NCBI GenBank assembly: GCA_028534125.1
Contig: CM052818.1
Location: 4,094,001-4,158,000 of the forward strand
Direction: 5' to 3'
Origin: Lama glama
Taxonomy: Eukaryota
DNA length: 64,000 nucleotides
The notes below the pieces were generated by a model, which searched no databases, was not told the DNA's origin, and worked only from the letters and a program-made list of their open reading frames with translations. Position 1 is the first letter of the stretch. Each line of letters begins with the position of its first letter. A program made the translations under genes and the position numbers. Below, piece by piece: positions 51,047 through 62,454 of the stretch.

Positions 51047-51599
51047 CTTCCATGTACCTGAGTCTCCACGGACCGAACAGTCCCCGTAATTTGAAAATCC
51101 CATTGGGTTCACATTTCACTGCCTTTCGAATAGCGTGAACATAGGCAAATCTGGATTGAGGTTTCCTCTCAATGGAAGATGAGTGGTGTGGAAAAGATTT
51201 CAAGGAAATTGATCTACTCAAACGAGCAAATTGCGTCAAGAGCATCTTAGGGGTTTGTCTGAAATTGTGGCAACAGCTGAGTCACCGGCCCCTGCGTCTT
51301 GTTTGTCCCCAGCAACCTGAGTTTGAGGGACGTCAATGATGTGATCTGATGAAGCATCAGGCAGGTGGGGGGCCCAGAAGCGATGCCTCACTCGGGCCTT
51401 CAGGTGGCTCACCGGCCCCTCCCTCCGTGCTCGGGCCTCCCGCATTCTCCGCCCTCCCCCGGCAGCTCCTCCCCGGGTCCGCCCACCACCGCCCTTTCTC
51501 TGCATCAACACACAGGACCAGGTCTCTTTCCGTGGCCTCTGCGCTTTGGTTCCCTCTTCCTGGCCTGCTCCTCCATCCCCATCCCCACCCCCAACCCCC

Positions 51600-51926
51600 G
51601 TGTGGACCTCCCTTGTTCCCTCCTCTCCTTCAGGCCCCTCTCAGTGCAGCCCTCCTCAGCCGCCCTATTTAACATTGGAACCCCCTTCGTGAGCCCCCTA
51701 ACCTCCTGCCCTGTTTTATGGCTTTCCATAGCATTTCCCACCATCCGTCATAGCACAGATTTTAATTACCCCATTCGTACGATCTGCCTACCCCCGCTAG
51801 AAGGAATGCTCTGTAAGCAAAGGGACTTTTGTCTGTTTTGTTCAGTGCTGTTCTGCAACAGCTGGGATGGAATGGTGCCTGGCGCACAGTAGGTGCTCAG
51901 TAAATATTTGCATAATTGATGAATGA
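51600..51926 (+). mobile_element. L2 3' end
   Basis: 'gtgcctggcgcacagtaggtgctcagtaaatatttg...gatgaatga'. Confidence 0.7.
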
Positions 51927-52252
51927 CATTAATATCAAAAAAAGTTTTACAGTTCCTCTTAATTCATTTAGGCAGGTTGATGCTTAAAGAGCCACTATTT
52001 GGAAAGAGCTGATTAAGCTACTTAAGCTGCATCCTTAACTTTTCATGAATTTAATCTAAAGCCTAGAGTTTTTACTAATTTAGTCATCGCCTCACTCTTT
52101 TACGCTGTTCCTTATTAGGCCCAAATGCTATAGATACTGTCTTCCATAAATTGGGGCTTCAGAATGCCACTTCTTTGGCAAAGCAGAACAATCCTTACTG
52201 CTTTTAAGATGGAAGCTGAGTGGTGGCCCAGGCTCCTCTGTCTGTGACTTAC

Positions 52253-52785
52253 TTTTCAATCTGTTCCTCATACATTTGCTTCTGCATTTCTATTTTCTTC
52301 TGCAGCTCCTGGACCATCCTCTGCAAAGATTCAAGTTCCTCTTCTCCAGAGTTCTTTTTCCCAGGCCCGGTTTCAGAGTTTGGGCTGGCAAGAGCATCTC
52401 TCTTGGAGTCATCAGCCGGAGACAAGGGTGCACGTTCTGCGTCCCCAGGGGACCGGGGCTGGGCGGGGACATTATCGTAGGTGGAAGTCCTCTGGGAGTC
52501 AAAACACTGCGGCACACCTTGAGACATTGTTCTCCTGTGCCCTTCCCCTGCTGCCCCCTCCGAAGAAGGGGACCAGAACTCATTTTTAAAGATCTCCGCT
52601 TTGCAGCTATTGGCACCTTGAAAAGCTGATGTCAAGAAGCATTTCCGGTTAGGGAGTGTCTGAGTCCTTTTCCGGGATTGTGTCTTCCAGTCTCCTGGCT
52701 TTTCCCTGGATGCTTTGCTGCTGTCTCCCAGACACCCATCACCTGGCTGTTGTCCAGTGGGGCTGGTTGTCTCTGAGTCGCTCGC
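52253..52785 (-). CDS. ARHGAP25: ARHGAP25 penultimate exon (Ser-rich linker, RKRTQTLP, RRTMSQ, STYDNV, start of coiled coil)
   Basis: tctctAG acceptor, GTAAGT donor; 533 nt open in frame (177 codons + 2). The STYDNV motif is typical of ARHGAP22/24/25. Confidence 0.95.
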
Positions 52786-52912
52786 CTAGAGAAAAATGGC
52801 CATCATGTTACATGAGTTTTTCCCACATGTGTCACGTTCCCAAGATAAGGATGAGAGACTTGAAAGAAGTGTCTCCTGGCTGCACACCTATGAAACTCTA
52901 TAAGACCATCTC

Positions 52913-53059
52913 GCTCTTTTTTTTTTTAATTGAAGTATACTTAATTTACAATGTTGTGTCAATTTCTGGTGTACAGGATAATTTCTCAGTCATGCATATA
53001 CAACAGACATTCCTTTTTATACTATATTCAATATCTTGTAGCAACCTATAACTTAGCAG
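52913..53059 (-). mobile_element. Short L1 3' end with a 5' inversion
   Basis: TSD aagaccatctc (52902-52912 and 53060-53070); segment 53021-53051 is inverted relative to the rest of the element. Confidence 0.85.
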
Positions 53060-53199
53060 AAGACCATCTCTTAATTTGTCGTATTACTTGATTATCTGCA
53101 TGGCATTTTTTAAAAAAGGATATTGTACTTGAAGGAACTCTTGCTCTAAAGAAGTAGTGACTAAAATAAATTGTTTGCTTGTGTTAAGGAGCCCTAACC

Positions 53200-54110
53200 T
53201 GGGATCCTCTTATAGCCTTAGAATGGAGATGTTTTCCTATGACCAAAATCCAGAAGCCATAAAAGCAAAGTTTGATAAATTCAACCCACACGGGTTTCCA
53301 TGACTCCCTCCCCCAAGTTAAAAATAAAACAAAGAAATTACTGCATGCTAAATCACACAAGAAATGACAAACTGACAGAACTATTTGCAATGTGTATCAC
53401 AGACAACAGGCTTCTCTCCCTAGTCTATGAAGTTCATGAAAATTGAGAAGAAGAAGTCCAAGAACCAATACAAATATGGGCAAAGAACAAGATCAGATAG
53501 TTGACGGAGGAAAAATGCAACTGGCCCTTACAGCCAAGGAAAAATGTGTGCACTCTCTTGTAACAGGAAAGACTCAAATTAAAATTACTGAAATAACCGT
53601 TCTCATCTATCAGATGGGCAACCCCCCAAAATCTGACAACACACTGTGTGTGCAAAACTGTAGGGAAACAGGTTATTTCATGCATTGCTGGTGGAAGGAC
53701 AAAATGGCACAGCTTCTATTTAACAATTTTAATCAAAATTACAGATTACAGTCCCTCTGACTCAGCAATCCCACTTCTGGGAATTTATCCCAGACATATA
53801 TCTGCCTGAGCACAAAATGAAGCACAGTCGAGTTATTCACTGCATCCTTGTTTGTAGTACAAAGGAAGGAAAACCACCTTTTCATCCATAGGGGCTGGCT
53901 GAGTAGATGATGGTACATGCACAGAATGCAACACCGTACACACCTCCCAAAACATGAAGTCCTATGATGTAGCTGTCTACGTACTGACATGAAAATTTCT
54001 CCAGGGTATACTGCTACATAGAAAAATTCAAGATACAGAGTAGTGTGTGTTTCAGTGAGTGTGTGTGTGTGTGTGTGTATTAAATATTTTTAGATTAAAA
54101 TAAAAAGAGA
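53200..54110 (+). mobile_element. Ancient L1M fragment (ORF2 end / 3'UTR)
   Basis: Degenerate L1 motifs such as 'cagcaatcccacttctgggaatttatccc' and 'cattgctggtggaag'. Confidence 0.7.
54059..54078. repeat. (GT)n microsatellite
   Basis: About 10 GT units visible. Confidence 0.85.
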
Positions 54111-54489
54111 AAGAAAAAGATTGAGCCCTAAGTATAAAATCAGGAAATCAGGGCTCAAACAGTCCGTCTAATGCTTCTAGCTACTCACCTGCTTCAGCAA
54201 CCACACCTGGAGTCAGAAGGACCTAAGCCCTGAGGTGAGAACTAAGTCTAAGTCCCACTCTCCACTGCTCTAGTGCTGTCATCTTGGGCCATCTGGGCTA
54301 CAGCTCCTCAGCTGTAAAATGTGGATGATAAATTAAATTCTGTCCTACAGTTATGGTGAGGACTCCAGACGTGATCTATTTAAGTTCCCCAGCACAGTGC
54401 CTGCCCATTGCTGCCCATACTGTTACAATAAATAGCAGAAACCTGTCAAATAAGCATAACAATGGCTACTCTCAAGAACAGTTAGGATG

Positions 54490-55078
54490 GGAGAAAACTC
54501 TAACATGAAAAGATACATGCACCCCAGTGTTCACAGCAGAACAATTTACAATAGCCAAGACATGGAAGCAACCTAAATGTCCATCAACAGATGACTGGAT
54601 AAAGAAGATGTGGTATATTTATACAATGGAATACTACTCAGCCATAAAAAATGAAATAATGCCATTTGCAGCAACATGGATAGACCTAGAGATTATCAAA
54701 CTAAGTGAAGTAAGTCAGACAGAGAAAGACAAATATCATATATCACTTATATGTGAAATCTAAAAACATGACACAAATTAACTTATTTACGAAACAGTAA
54801 CAGACTCACAGACATAGAAGACAAACTTGTGGTTACTATAAGGGAAGAAGAGGGAGGGATAAATCAGGAGTTTGGGATTTGCAGATACTACTACATATAA
54901 AACAGCTAAGTAGCAAGTCTTACTGTATAGCACAAGGAACTATATTCAATACCTTATAATAACTTATAATGAAAAAGAATATGGAAAAGGATATTTATAT
55001 ATGTATAACTGAATCACTATGCTGTACACCAGAAACCAACACAACATTGTAAACTGACTATACTTCAATTTTTAAAAA
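54490..55078 (+). mobile_element. 5'-truncated L1 (antisense to ARHGAP25)
   Basis: ORF2 C-terminus [41 protein letters not shown] plus 3'UTR; degenerate TSD ending gtaggatg/ttaggatg. Confidence 0.92.
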
Positions 55079-55965
55079 ATGGTAGGATGATTTCATTATA
55101 TGAAGTATGAGCATTTCTAAATGTTGATTTAATTTTAGAGTATTAGTAAAATGCATTGTGTCCAGATAGGCATCACTCCAGAAAAATCAGAATCGCCACC
55201 ACTACCTACTTTTTTTTCCAATATTTTCTTAATTGTCCTCAGGATGAACAGTACTGTAGGCAACTGACATTACCTGGCCAACCAGAAATTTTAAATTCAT
55301 TTCTTGGTCACATGTAAAGAATCAAGCTGCTATATAAAGTTCACATACCCTTTTAAAAAATACTTGTCTTTACAAATATGTAAAAATATTTGAGCTTTGC
55401 AAATGATTGCCCTTAAATAGTCTAAATTTGAGAGTCTGGAGAGTTTTTGGACATTGGGAACGTGAGACCCAGCCCTTCAGTTCAAATGAGGGGGTTGACA
55501 ATGCTGAGACGGCTTATCAGGGAATGAGAAATATTACACAAACATACCACATACTCTGAGAAAGGAATCACGTTCCATGGCTTAGCAGGAAACCGGTTCT
55601 TTCTGGGCGTTCACCCGGAATTTTCAACAGCTCTCACTAGAACATTTACACTGTGGTCTAAAATTCCCTCATTGAACTTCCCTGGACTGTGTTTGAAAGG
55701 GTTTCCCTTTCAGAGTAGGCTTCAGTGGAGGACTCCCATTGCTTAGCCACTGGGGGACTGGCACACATCACTAACCCCACCTCCACGATGCCCATGGAAA
55801 GTAGATTTTGAAAGAGGCCAGGCTTTCAAGATGCATTCCAATGGGTCTGTACTGGCTGTGGCCATGGCCACAGCATCATTCAAGACACCCCAGAGAAGCT
55901 CTTCCATGGAATGACCTGGACTAGAGAGGAGTCAAATGGAAGGAGGAAGGCTCTCTGCCCCTTAC

Positions 55966-56162
55966 CATGTTACTGACGCTGTCTGTTCTAGAAATTGGAG
56001 TGTCCTCAGTAGCATCCCAGCCCACAGAACTTCGTGCCACTGGAGGTTTCTTGGGGTCATTTTTTTGGGCAGGAGGTGATACGGGTGCATCTTTAGACTT
56101 GGGGAAGAGGACTTCATGGTCTCTGATCATCATGGTCATCACTCTTTGGATCTGAGGAGTCC
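55966..56162 (-). CDS. ARHGAP25: ARHGAP25 internal exon (GTPQIQRVMTMMIRDHEVLFPKSKD...SSVGWDATEDTPISRTDSVSNM)
   Basis: ttttcAG acceptor, GTAAGG donor; 197 nt, phase 1 to 0. Confidence 0.95.
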
Positions 56163-56968
56163 CTGAAAAGAAAGAAGGAAGAGATTTATAGTGTTGGACC
56201 ATGAAGCAGGGGGCAGGCATTCCTCAAGGGTCTCTACCCATGGAATGTCTCTAAACTTGACTCTAAAGCTACATGGTTCCAAAAGACCTTATTTTGCTCC
56301 TCACAGGACCCTTCTTAATTGCTTGGGGTAGGAGATTATGATGAAAGGGATCGAATAGATGAAGGATATGGGAGTGGGGTGAAAGAGGGCTATTTTCAGC
56401 CTACAGTCCTCTGAATCGGTCTTTGATCAGGAAACAGGCAATATGACAGGAAAGAAAATGAAACATCTTTCTCTCCTGATGTGTCCTCGGTATGACATCT
56501 GATTTCTTACTGCACACAGAGCAAACGTGTGCTGGGCATCCTGCCTCCTCAAAACCATGGCAGACATCAGTGCTCTGTGTCAGGACTTTTGTTCATTGAG
56601 CCAAGACACAGCCTCAGGAGCCTTTTTAGCACAGCTTAACAAGTAGCCTTTTTATGAGCTGCCTCATAAAACCACACTTGTTTGCTCTCTCTGGTTAAGG
56701 GTATTAAAAAGCAATAAAAGACTAAGAAACATTAGCTGTGTTTGTGCCAGCCTATTGCACTGTGTGACGATTGGTAAATCTTTAACCTCTCTGTCCCGCT
56801 GTGACCTGGAGAATGGACACAATGCCTGCTCGCTTATTTCACAGGGCTCTTTTACAACTCACATGAGCTAATCAACTGAAAATGCTTGGCCAATTACAGA
56901 GCGATTTGGTAGTGACGCCACTCTTGTTATTTCCTCTGCGCCTGCCTTTACCACGGGACCAGCCTTAC

Positions 56969-57090
56969 CTCTCATGATCACAGCAGGGTCTTCTACCTTT
57001 GACCTGATGAGATTCACACCGATCACAGTAGCCAGATTGTCCACACTCATCTTGTTAACACCACAGTTCAGCTGTATTTCATGCAGGAAC
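56969..57090 (-). CDS. ARHGAP25: ARHGAP25 internal exon (FLHEIQLNCGVNKMSVDNLATVIGVNLIRSKVEDPAVIMR)
   Basis: cacAG acceptor, GTAAGG donor; 122 nt. Contains the RhoGAP NKM..NLA motif. Confidence 0.96.
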
Positions 57091-58606
57091 CTGTGAACAG
57101 CCAGGAAATCCCACAGTAGGAAACAGGAAGTTATCAGAAGGGAGCACTTCCTGGGACCAACAAGATCTCAGAGGTGGGTCCCAACTCTTTCCTCCTGGTC
57201 TCAGGAGTGGGATCAGTCTGCTCAAACTACAAGAATTTAGCTCTGCCCTGAAAGATTCAAGATCGGGGAAGAAGAAAAACAAGCATTCCAGCCCCTGGTG
57301 GTGGCACTGGGGCCAGGGGTGGGGTGGAGAGTCACGCTGGCAGGAGACAGGGTCCAGTTCTGGGAGCTAAGAGGAGATGAGAAGGACTAAAATGGTTGTT
57401 TGACTACCCTCGGTCCTGACTTTACAGGCTTCTCTCTCAAATGCTCAGCACCTGTCCCAGAGGAGTCTCTAGACAAGAAAATTTAATCATGAGAAGATCT
57501 CAGAAATGGGAATTCACGGTGCCTCCTTGCTCTCATCCTCCGATTACAGCACCAAGCATCTCAGATTTTCAGCAGGTGCTCAAAAACTAACAATGAGTTT
57601 TTGCTGTAATTCCACACACTTGAGGCATGAAACTCTCAGATATATGCTATTTAAAAAAAAAAAACTAAAAAGATCAATAAAGGAATTTCTAAATACTCTC
57701 TCCAAAAACCATTTTTAGATAAGTAGGCTGCAGCAACTTAAAATTCCAAATACAGAGAAATTATTAAATCAGTGATGGGTTGTCCAAATGAGGAAATATT
57801 ACAGAATATTACGGAGTCATTTATAATCCTATTATATGACATAAGAAAATGCTCATAAAGTAGCATTTAGCCAAAGGAAGCAGATACAAATATATACTTC
57901 ATTTCTAATTTGGTGTAAAAATTGTTTCCTATATTTATATTGATGCATGTAAAGCTCTCTCATAGAGACAAAAACATTCAGAGGGAAAAACACTCAAACA
58001 TTAGCAGTGATTTTTACTGGGTGAGAGAATTTGGGGTAATTTTTATCTATGTACAGTATTTTGCATTTTCCTGGTTTCCAAATCTGGAAACTACAGAAAG
58101 TTATGTTTTTAAAAAAAAAGAAAAATTTCAGCTATATCCAGCATGGAGATTCGGGCTTCCTGCTTCAGCCAGATCTGGGTATCACAGACTACATGTTGCC
58201 ACAGAGACAGCACAAAGCAGGTCCTCAGAAAGGGACATGAGAAAATTGTCCTGCAACAAATGTCCCTGGGCTGCTAAGTTATGGTCCAGAGTCAGTAAGC
58301 TGGAGATAATTCTAAAAACATCAGAAGAATTCTGGGTTCCACTGCATGTCCCAGGACTCTGGGCAGCCCTGGGGCAGGTTTGATGGGGGGGGGGAGTGGA
58401 ATGTTCAATTTTTGTGCCAATCAGATTTTCAGGGGATCTTTTCAGTTATCTATGGACTCAGGAAACTGCCTCATTGCTATGTGAGCAGTGTTGACCTTCC
58501 AAAGGTCTGGATCAGAATCTCCTGAGTTCACAAAGACACTCCTCTAACAGGGAGCATTTTTCTGATGTGGCTGAAAATTGTGACGCTGATACCAGGGGAC
58601 TCTTAC

Positions 58607-58680
58607 CTGCAGAGGTAGCTCATGAGGTTGTAGTTGTCTCGAGGAAGGATGGAGAGCTGCTTCATCAGCTCCTGCTGAGC
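58607..58680 (-). CDS. ARHGAP25: ARHGAP25 internal exon (AQQELMKQLSILPRDNYNLMSYLCR)
   Basis: tttccAG acceptor, GTAAGA donor; 74 nt, phase 0 to 2, compatible with both neighbours. Confidence 0.95.
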
Positions 58681-58921
58681 CTGGAAAGAGATGTTCAACA
58701 CCAGTAAATGAGCCTGCTTATTTGTCAGCAGTGGGGACCCTGCGACATAATTGGTGCAACTCTGCAGAAGCAACACTTTGGCAGTCTCTCCTGTTCCCAT
58801 AGTATTGTATGTCTTTAAAAAAAAAACTTTTTATTTTGAAATAACTATATTTATTTGAAATAACTATAACAGGAAGTTGCAAAAATAGCACGGAGAGGCT
58901 CATTGTTTTTTGGACAGTGTA

Positions 58922-59088
58922 TTTTTTTTTTTTTTGGTGTGTTCTAAGATTTCCGATACATTTTACTTTTTTTTAAGTTAAATACTTTATTTTTTTAACT
59001 TTTTTTATTGAGTTATCATCATTTTACAATGTTGTGTCAAATTCCAGTGTAGAGCACAATTTTTCAGTTATACATGAACATACATACA
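58922..59088 (-). mobile_element. Young ~90-bp L1 3' end plus extra downstream sequence and a second poly(A)
   Basis: Perfect TSD tggacagtgta(t)8 at 58911-58929 and 59089-59107. Confidence 0.88.
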
Positions 59089-60430
59089 TGGACAGTGTAT
59101 TTTTTTTACTTGTCTGTAATTATGCCCTCCTCTCCGACTCAGAGCTACTCCGAGCCAGAACTATTTGATAAGCATACTCACGATATTGTTTGCTTAAGAA
59201 ATGCTTGAGATGAAAGCTCCAATAAAGAACTGGGCCAGAAGCAAATACCCACAAGTCACTTTAAAAGTATTGAGAGAAGGAGGCTGTTTCTGTGAACCTG
59301 GGTTTCAAGCAACCTGGTCTTGCTGGAACCCACTAGGACCCAAGGACAGGCTGACCAACCTGGAGGGCAGGTGAGAGGTCCAAATGTTCTAGCTCCACGA
59401 TGACCATGAACGTCAGACACAGTCATACAAAGAACACATGGGCCAGGAAGAGAAGCACAGCGAGCTTTCTTTGTTGTTCTCACCCACAGCTGCCTGCAGG
59501 GTCTGCAGTCACCGTCTGCAGCATCATGATTACAAAAGTGCACCGTGCACGTGAGACACGCTGTCCCCCCTCAGACCAGATACTGATTCCTTCCTCTTCA
59601 GTATAGTCATGCAAATTCTTTGCAAAAGTTGCTATAGACTCACTCCTCCCAGCTACCACCCCTGCCACATTGTCACCAATGAGAGAGGCTCTGATCCCCC
59701 TGCCCTGTCCAGATGTGCATTACCACAGATTAGAAACTCTCCAATGTGTTGAGATTGAAACAAATTGGGAGAAGCGGGTCTAAAACGAGGAAGTTTAGGG
59801 GCAGGAGTCTGATTGCCAGTGTGGGGATCCACGGACCTCCTTTCCTTTCCCTGAAGCTGGGAGGAGGGGAGGTGAGATGCCACCTGTAGCATTCATCATT
59901 TTTAGCCAATTTTTAAACCTCATTCCATAAAATCACCTACTTTTGCCAAGGTGAGCTGATACACCTGGATAAATGAAGACTTTCCTTATTCTCTTAACCT
60001 CCCTCAAAATTCATAAACCGTATACAAAATATCCCATAGCAGATCGTGCAACCTAATCTGTGTATTGGAAAGTAGCTACAGTGGCCATAGCGCACTAGCT
60101 GCCTCTTCCTCGTGCTCTTCCTTTCCTGATGTTGAGATATGAAATCATCTTTTTTCTTGTGCCTGGATCTGCTTAAATCCTGAGGCGCCTTACTTTCAGG
60201 ATGCAAGTTCTCACAGCTGGGCTTTCTTCCAGGGCGAGGGCAAAAAACTCTTCAATAATTTATTTAAAAAAGAAAAAAATATATATATACACTTTTTCTG
60301 GGAGCATACTGTATAAAAAAATCTGAAGTAGAGCAGATAATAAACCTCCCTTCGAATTAGCAATTTAAAACTGTGACATATATCCCTTAGTCCTCAAAAC
60401 GATCCTGTTATTCTGAAATTTGTCTAAGTT

Positions 60431-60615
60431 TGTGCTGTCTCATACAACAGCCACTTGCCATAAGTAGCTATTTGAATAAAGTAAAGTAAAATAAAATAAA
60501 ATAAAATAAAATAAAATAAAATAAAGTAAGAAATTTGGTTCCTCAGTTGCATCAGCCACATTTCAAGTGCCTAGTGGCCACATGTGGCTAGTGGTCACCA
60601 CACTGGACAGTGCAG
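60431..60615. mobile_element. MER3-like hAT element with an internal (TAAAA)n expansion at ~60476-60525
   Basis: 'cagccacatttcaagtgcctagtggcccacatgtggctagtgg...ggacagtgcag'. Confidence 0.75.
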
Positions 60616-61540
60616 ATGCGTAAGAATTCCATCACTGTAGCAAGCTCTCTCAGTCTAAGTAAATAAACTGAGTCTCACAGAAGATACATCATTGGCTTAA
60701 TGGCAAAAAATCAAACTTAAGTTCAGGTCTTCATTGTTCAGTTTTTCTGTGCACTACTTTGCCAGAGAGAGCTTTTAACACAGTAGCGCTGAACACTTAC
60801 TTCCCCAAAATGGGGAGTTAGACTCTTACGTTAGCAGTGTGACACAGATGCATTCAGGGGCCATTTAGTTTTGCAAATCTTGGTTAAAAACCATAAAGGT
60901 TTTACTGTTGTCAGTTGGGTTTTATTGGTTTCTTTCACTGGTTGGTTAGTGTGTTTAACATGACCCCAGTGTGGTGGCTGTTGACTCTAAGACCTTCAAA
61001 GAAACAATTTAAGGATCAAAACTCCTCCTGGTGAGCCGGTGCACTCTAACAAGCATGATGCCGCAGCCCTGCAGCAGCCACGGCTGATAGGAACAAAGAA
61101 AAGCTCCTGTCTTTCCTCTCCCTGGTACGTGTGTTCCCTGTATAGCCACGTCTGACACCCATGGTCACCACAGAGCTAGAACATTCAGACCTCTCACCTG
61201 CCCTCCAGGTTAGTCACTCTGTTTTTCTGTCCCAGCGGGACTCAGCAGGGCCATATTGCTTGAAACCCTTCTCAGACGCATCCTCCTTCTCGTACTAATT
61301 TTAAAGTGACCTGAGGGTATTTGATGATAGTCCAATTCTTTGTTAGAGTGCTACATCCCATGAGGGCCGTCATCATGACTGGCATCGTTGGCCTCTTGTT
61401 GCTGAGAAAGTTCCAGTTTGACAAAGTATCTCATAGAAAGATGCGGGTCCCTAACCCACTGCTGCTTGCCTACTAGAATAGTGTTCAGTAACCATCACCT
61501 TCTTCTGAGGCAGGACAACTAACCCTATTAAGAGACAAAC

Positions 61541-61673
61541 CTTTGCTTCATCTGCATTCATGAGCTGCCCGCATAGCAGGAACCCCTCATACTGGTTCCA
61601 GGGAACCACTGGTTCCGGGAGGTCTCGGAGGTAGAGCTTCAGCAGGGAGGCCACCGTGTGCACATCTGTATCT
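61541..61673 (-). CDS. ARHGAP25: ARHGAP25 internal exon (RhoGAP domain: [44 protein letters not shown])
   Basis: Acceptor ttccAG, donor GTTTGT; 133 nt (1+132). Contains the RhoGAP motif [14 protein letters not shown]. Confidence 0.95.
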
Positions 61674-62094
61674 CTGGAAGAGAATAAGCAATGCGCTTTG
61701 AAAACTGAACTTCAGAACCCTCCTCACCTCCTCATTGGTGATCTATTGAATATAATCCCAGTTTCCAAATGGGGTTTTATAGAGGAGTAGAGTCCGATAC
61801 AGGTGTAACAATCAAAAGATTTTTGCTACTCCCCCTTCTGGAATCATAACCCCTAATACCTTTTCCTTTATCTTTTCTAACTGCCTCAAAGATAAGTTCA
61901 GGGTCGACTTTTTCCATTAAACCTATTAAACTATTCTAGTCTTCATTGCTTTCTTCTTTCTCCTAGTCACTCAGTACAACACAATTTAGCGTTCTCTACT
62001 TAGTCTCTAATTTTTCATGTGATAACTCCTTGATACCTATGGTCCACTGATCTCTCTCTAATCTCTCAGAGAGCTTAAAATAGTTCTGGGATTC

Positions 62095-62450
62095 ATTCGT
62101 ATATTTTCACAATCATTTATTCAACTAACAAGGGTTGAGAGAACCTATTAGGTGCGAGATACTATGTCAGGCACTGGAATTGCAGCAGGGAACCTGAGGG
62201 ACACACAGGACTCCTGTCCTTATGGAGTGACAGAGCTGTGCAGACTCATGTTTTCAAGTCATTGCAATTCCACCTGGTTACTGTGATGACAAGGGAAGTC
62301 CAAGACCTGGGACCGCATGGAAATGTAGAAAAAGGGACACCCGATGCAGAACTGGGGAGGCCAAGGAGACTCCTCAGACAAGATCTGAAGAATGACAAGG
62401 AGTCACAGCCCGAGGCTGGCAGCATGTGACTGCCGGGAGGACGGAGAGAA
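62095..62450 (-). mobile_element. L2 fragment
   Basis: 'tcatttattcaactaacaa...actatgtcaggcactgg...cctgtccttatggag'. Confidence 0.6.
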
Positions 62451-62454
62451 GACT

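Noticed and set aside
51236..51892. Overlapping Pro/Gly/Arg-rich ORFs
   Set aside because: Caused by GC-skewed low-complexity sequence and an L2 fragment; no splice or domain support.
54527..54763. ORFs with reverse-transcriptase-family C-terminal motifs (also 1705-1962 and 26032-26241)
   Set aside because: Fragments of truncated L1 ORF2, not host genes.
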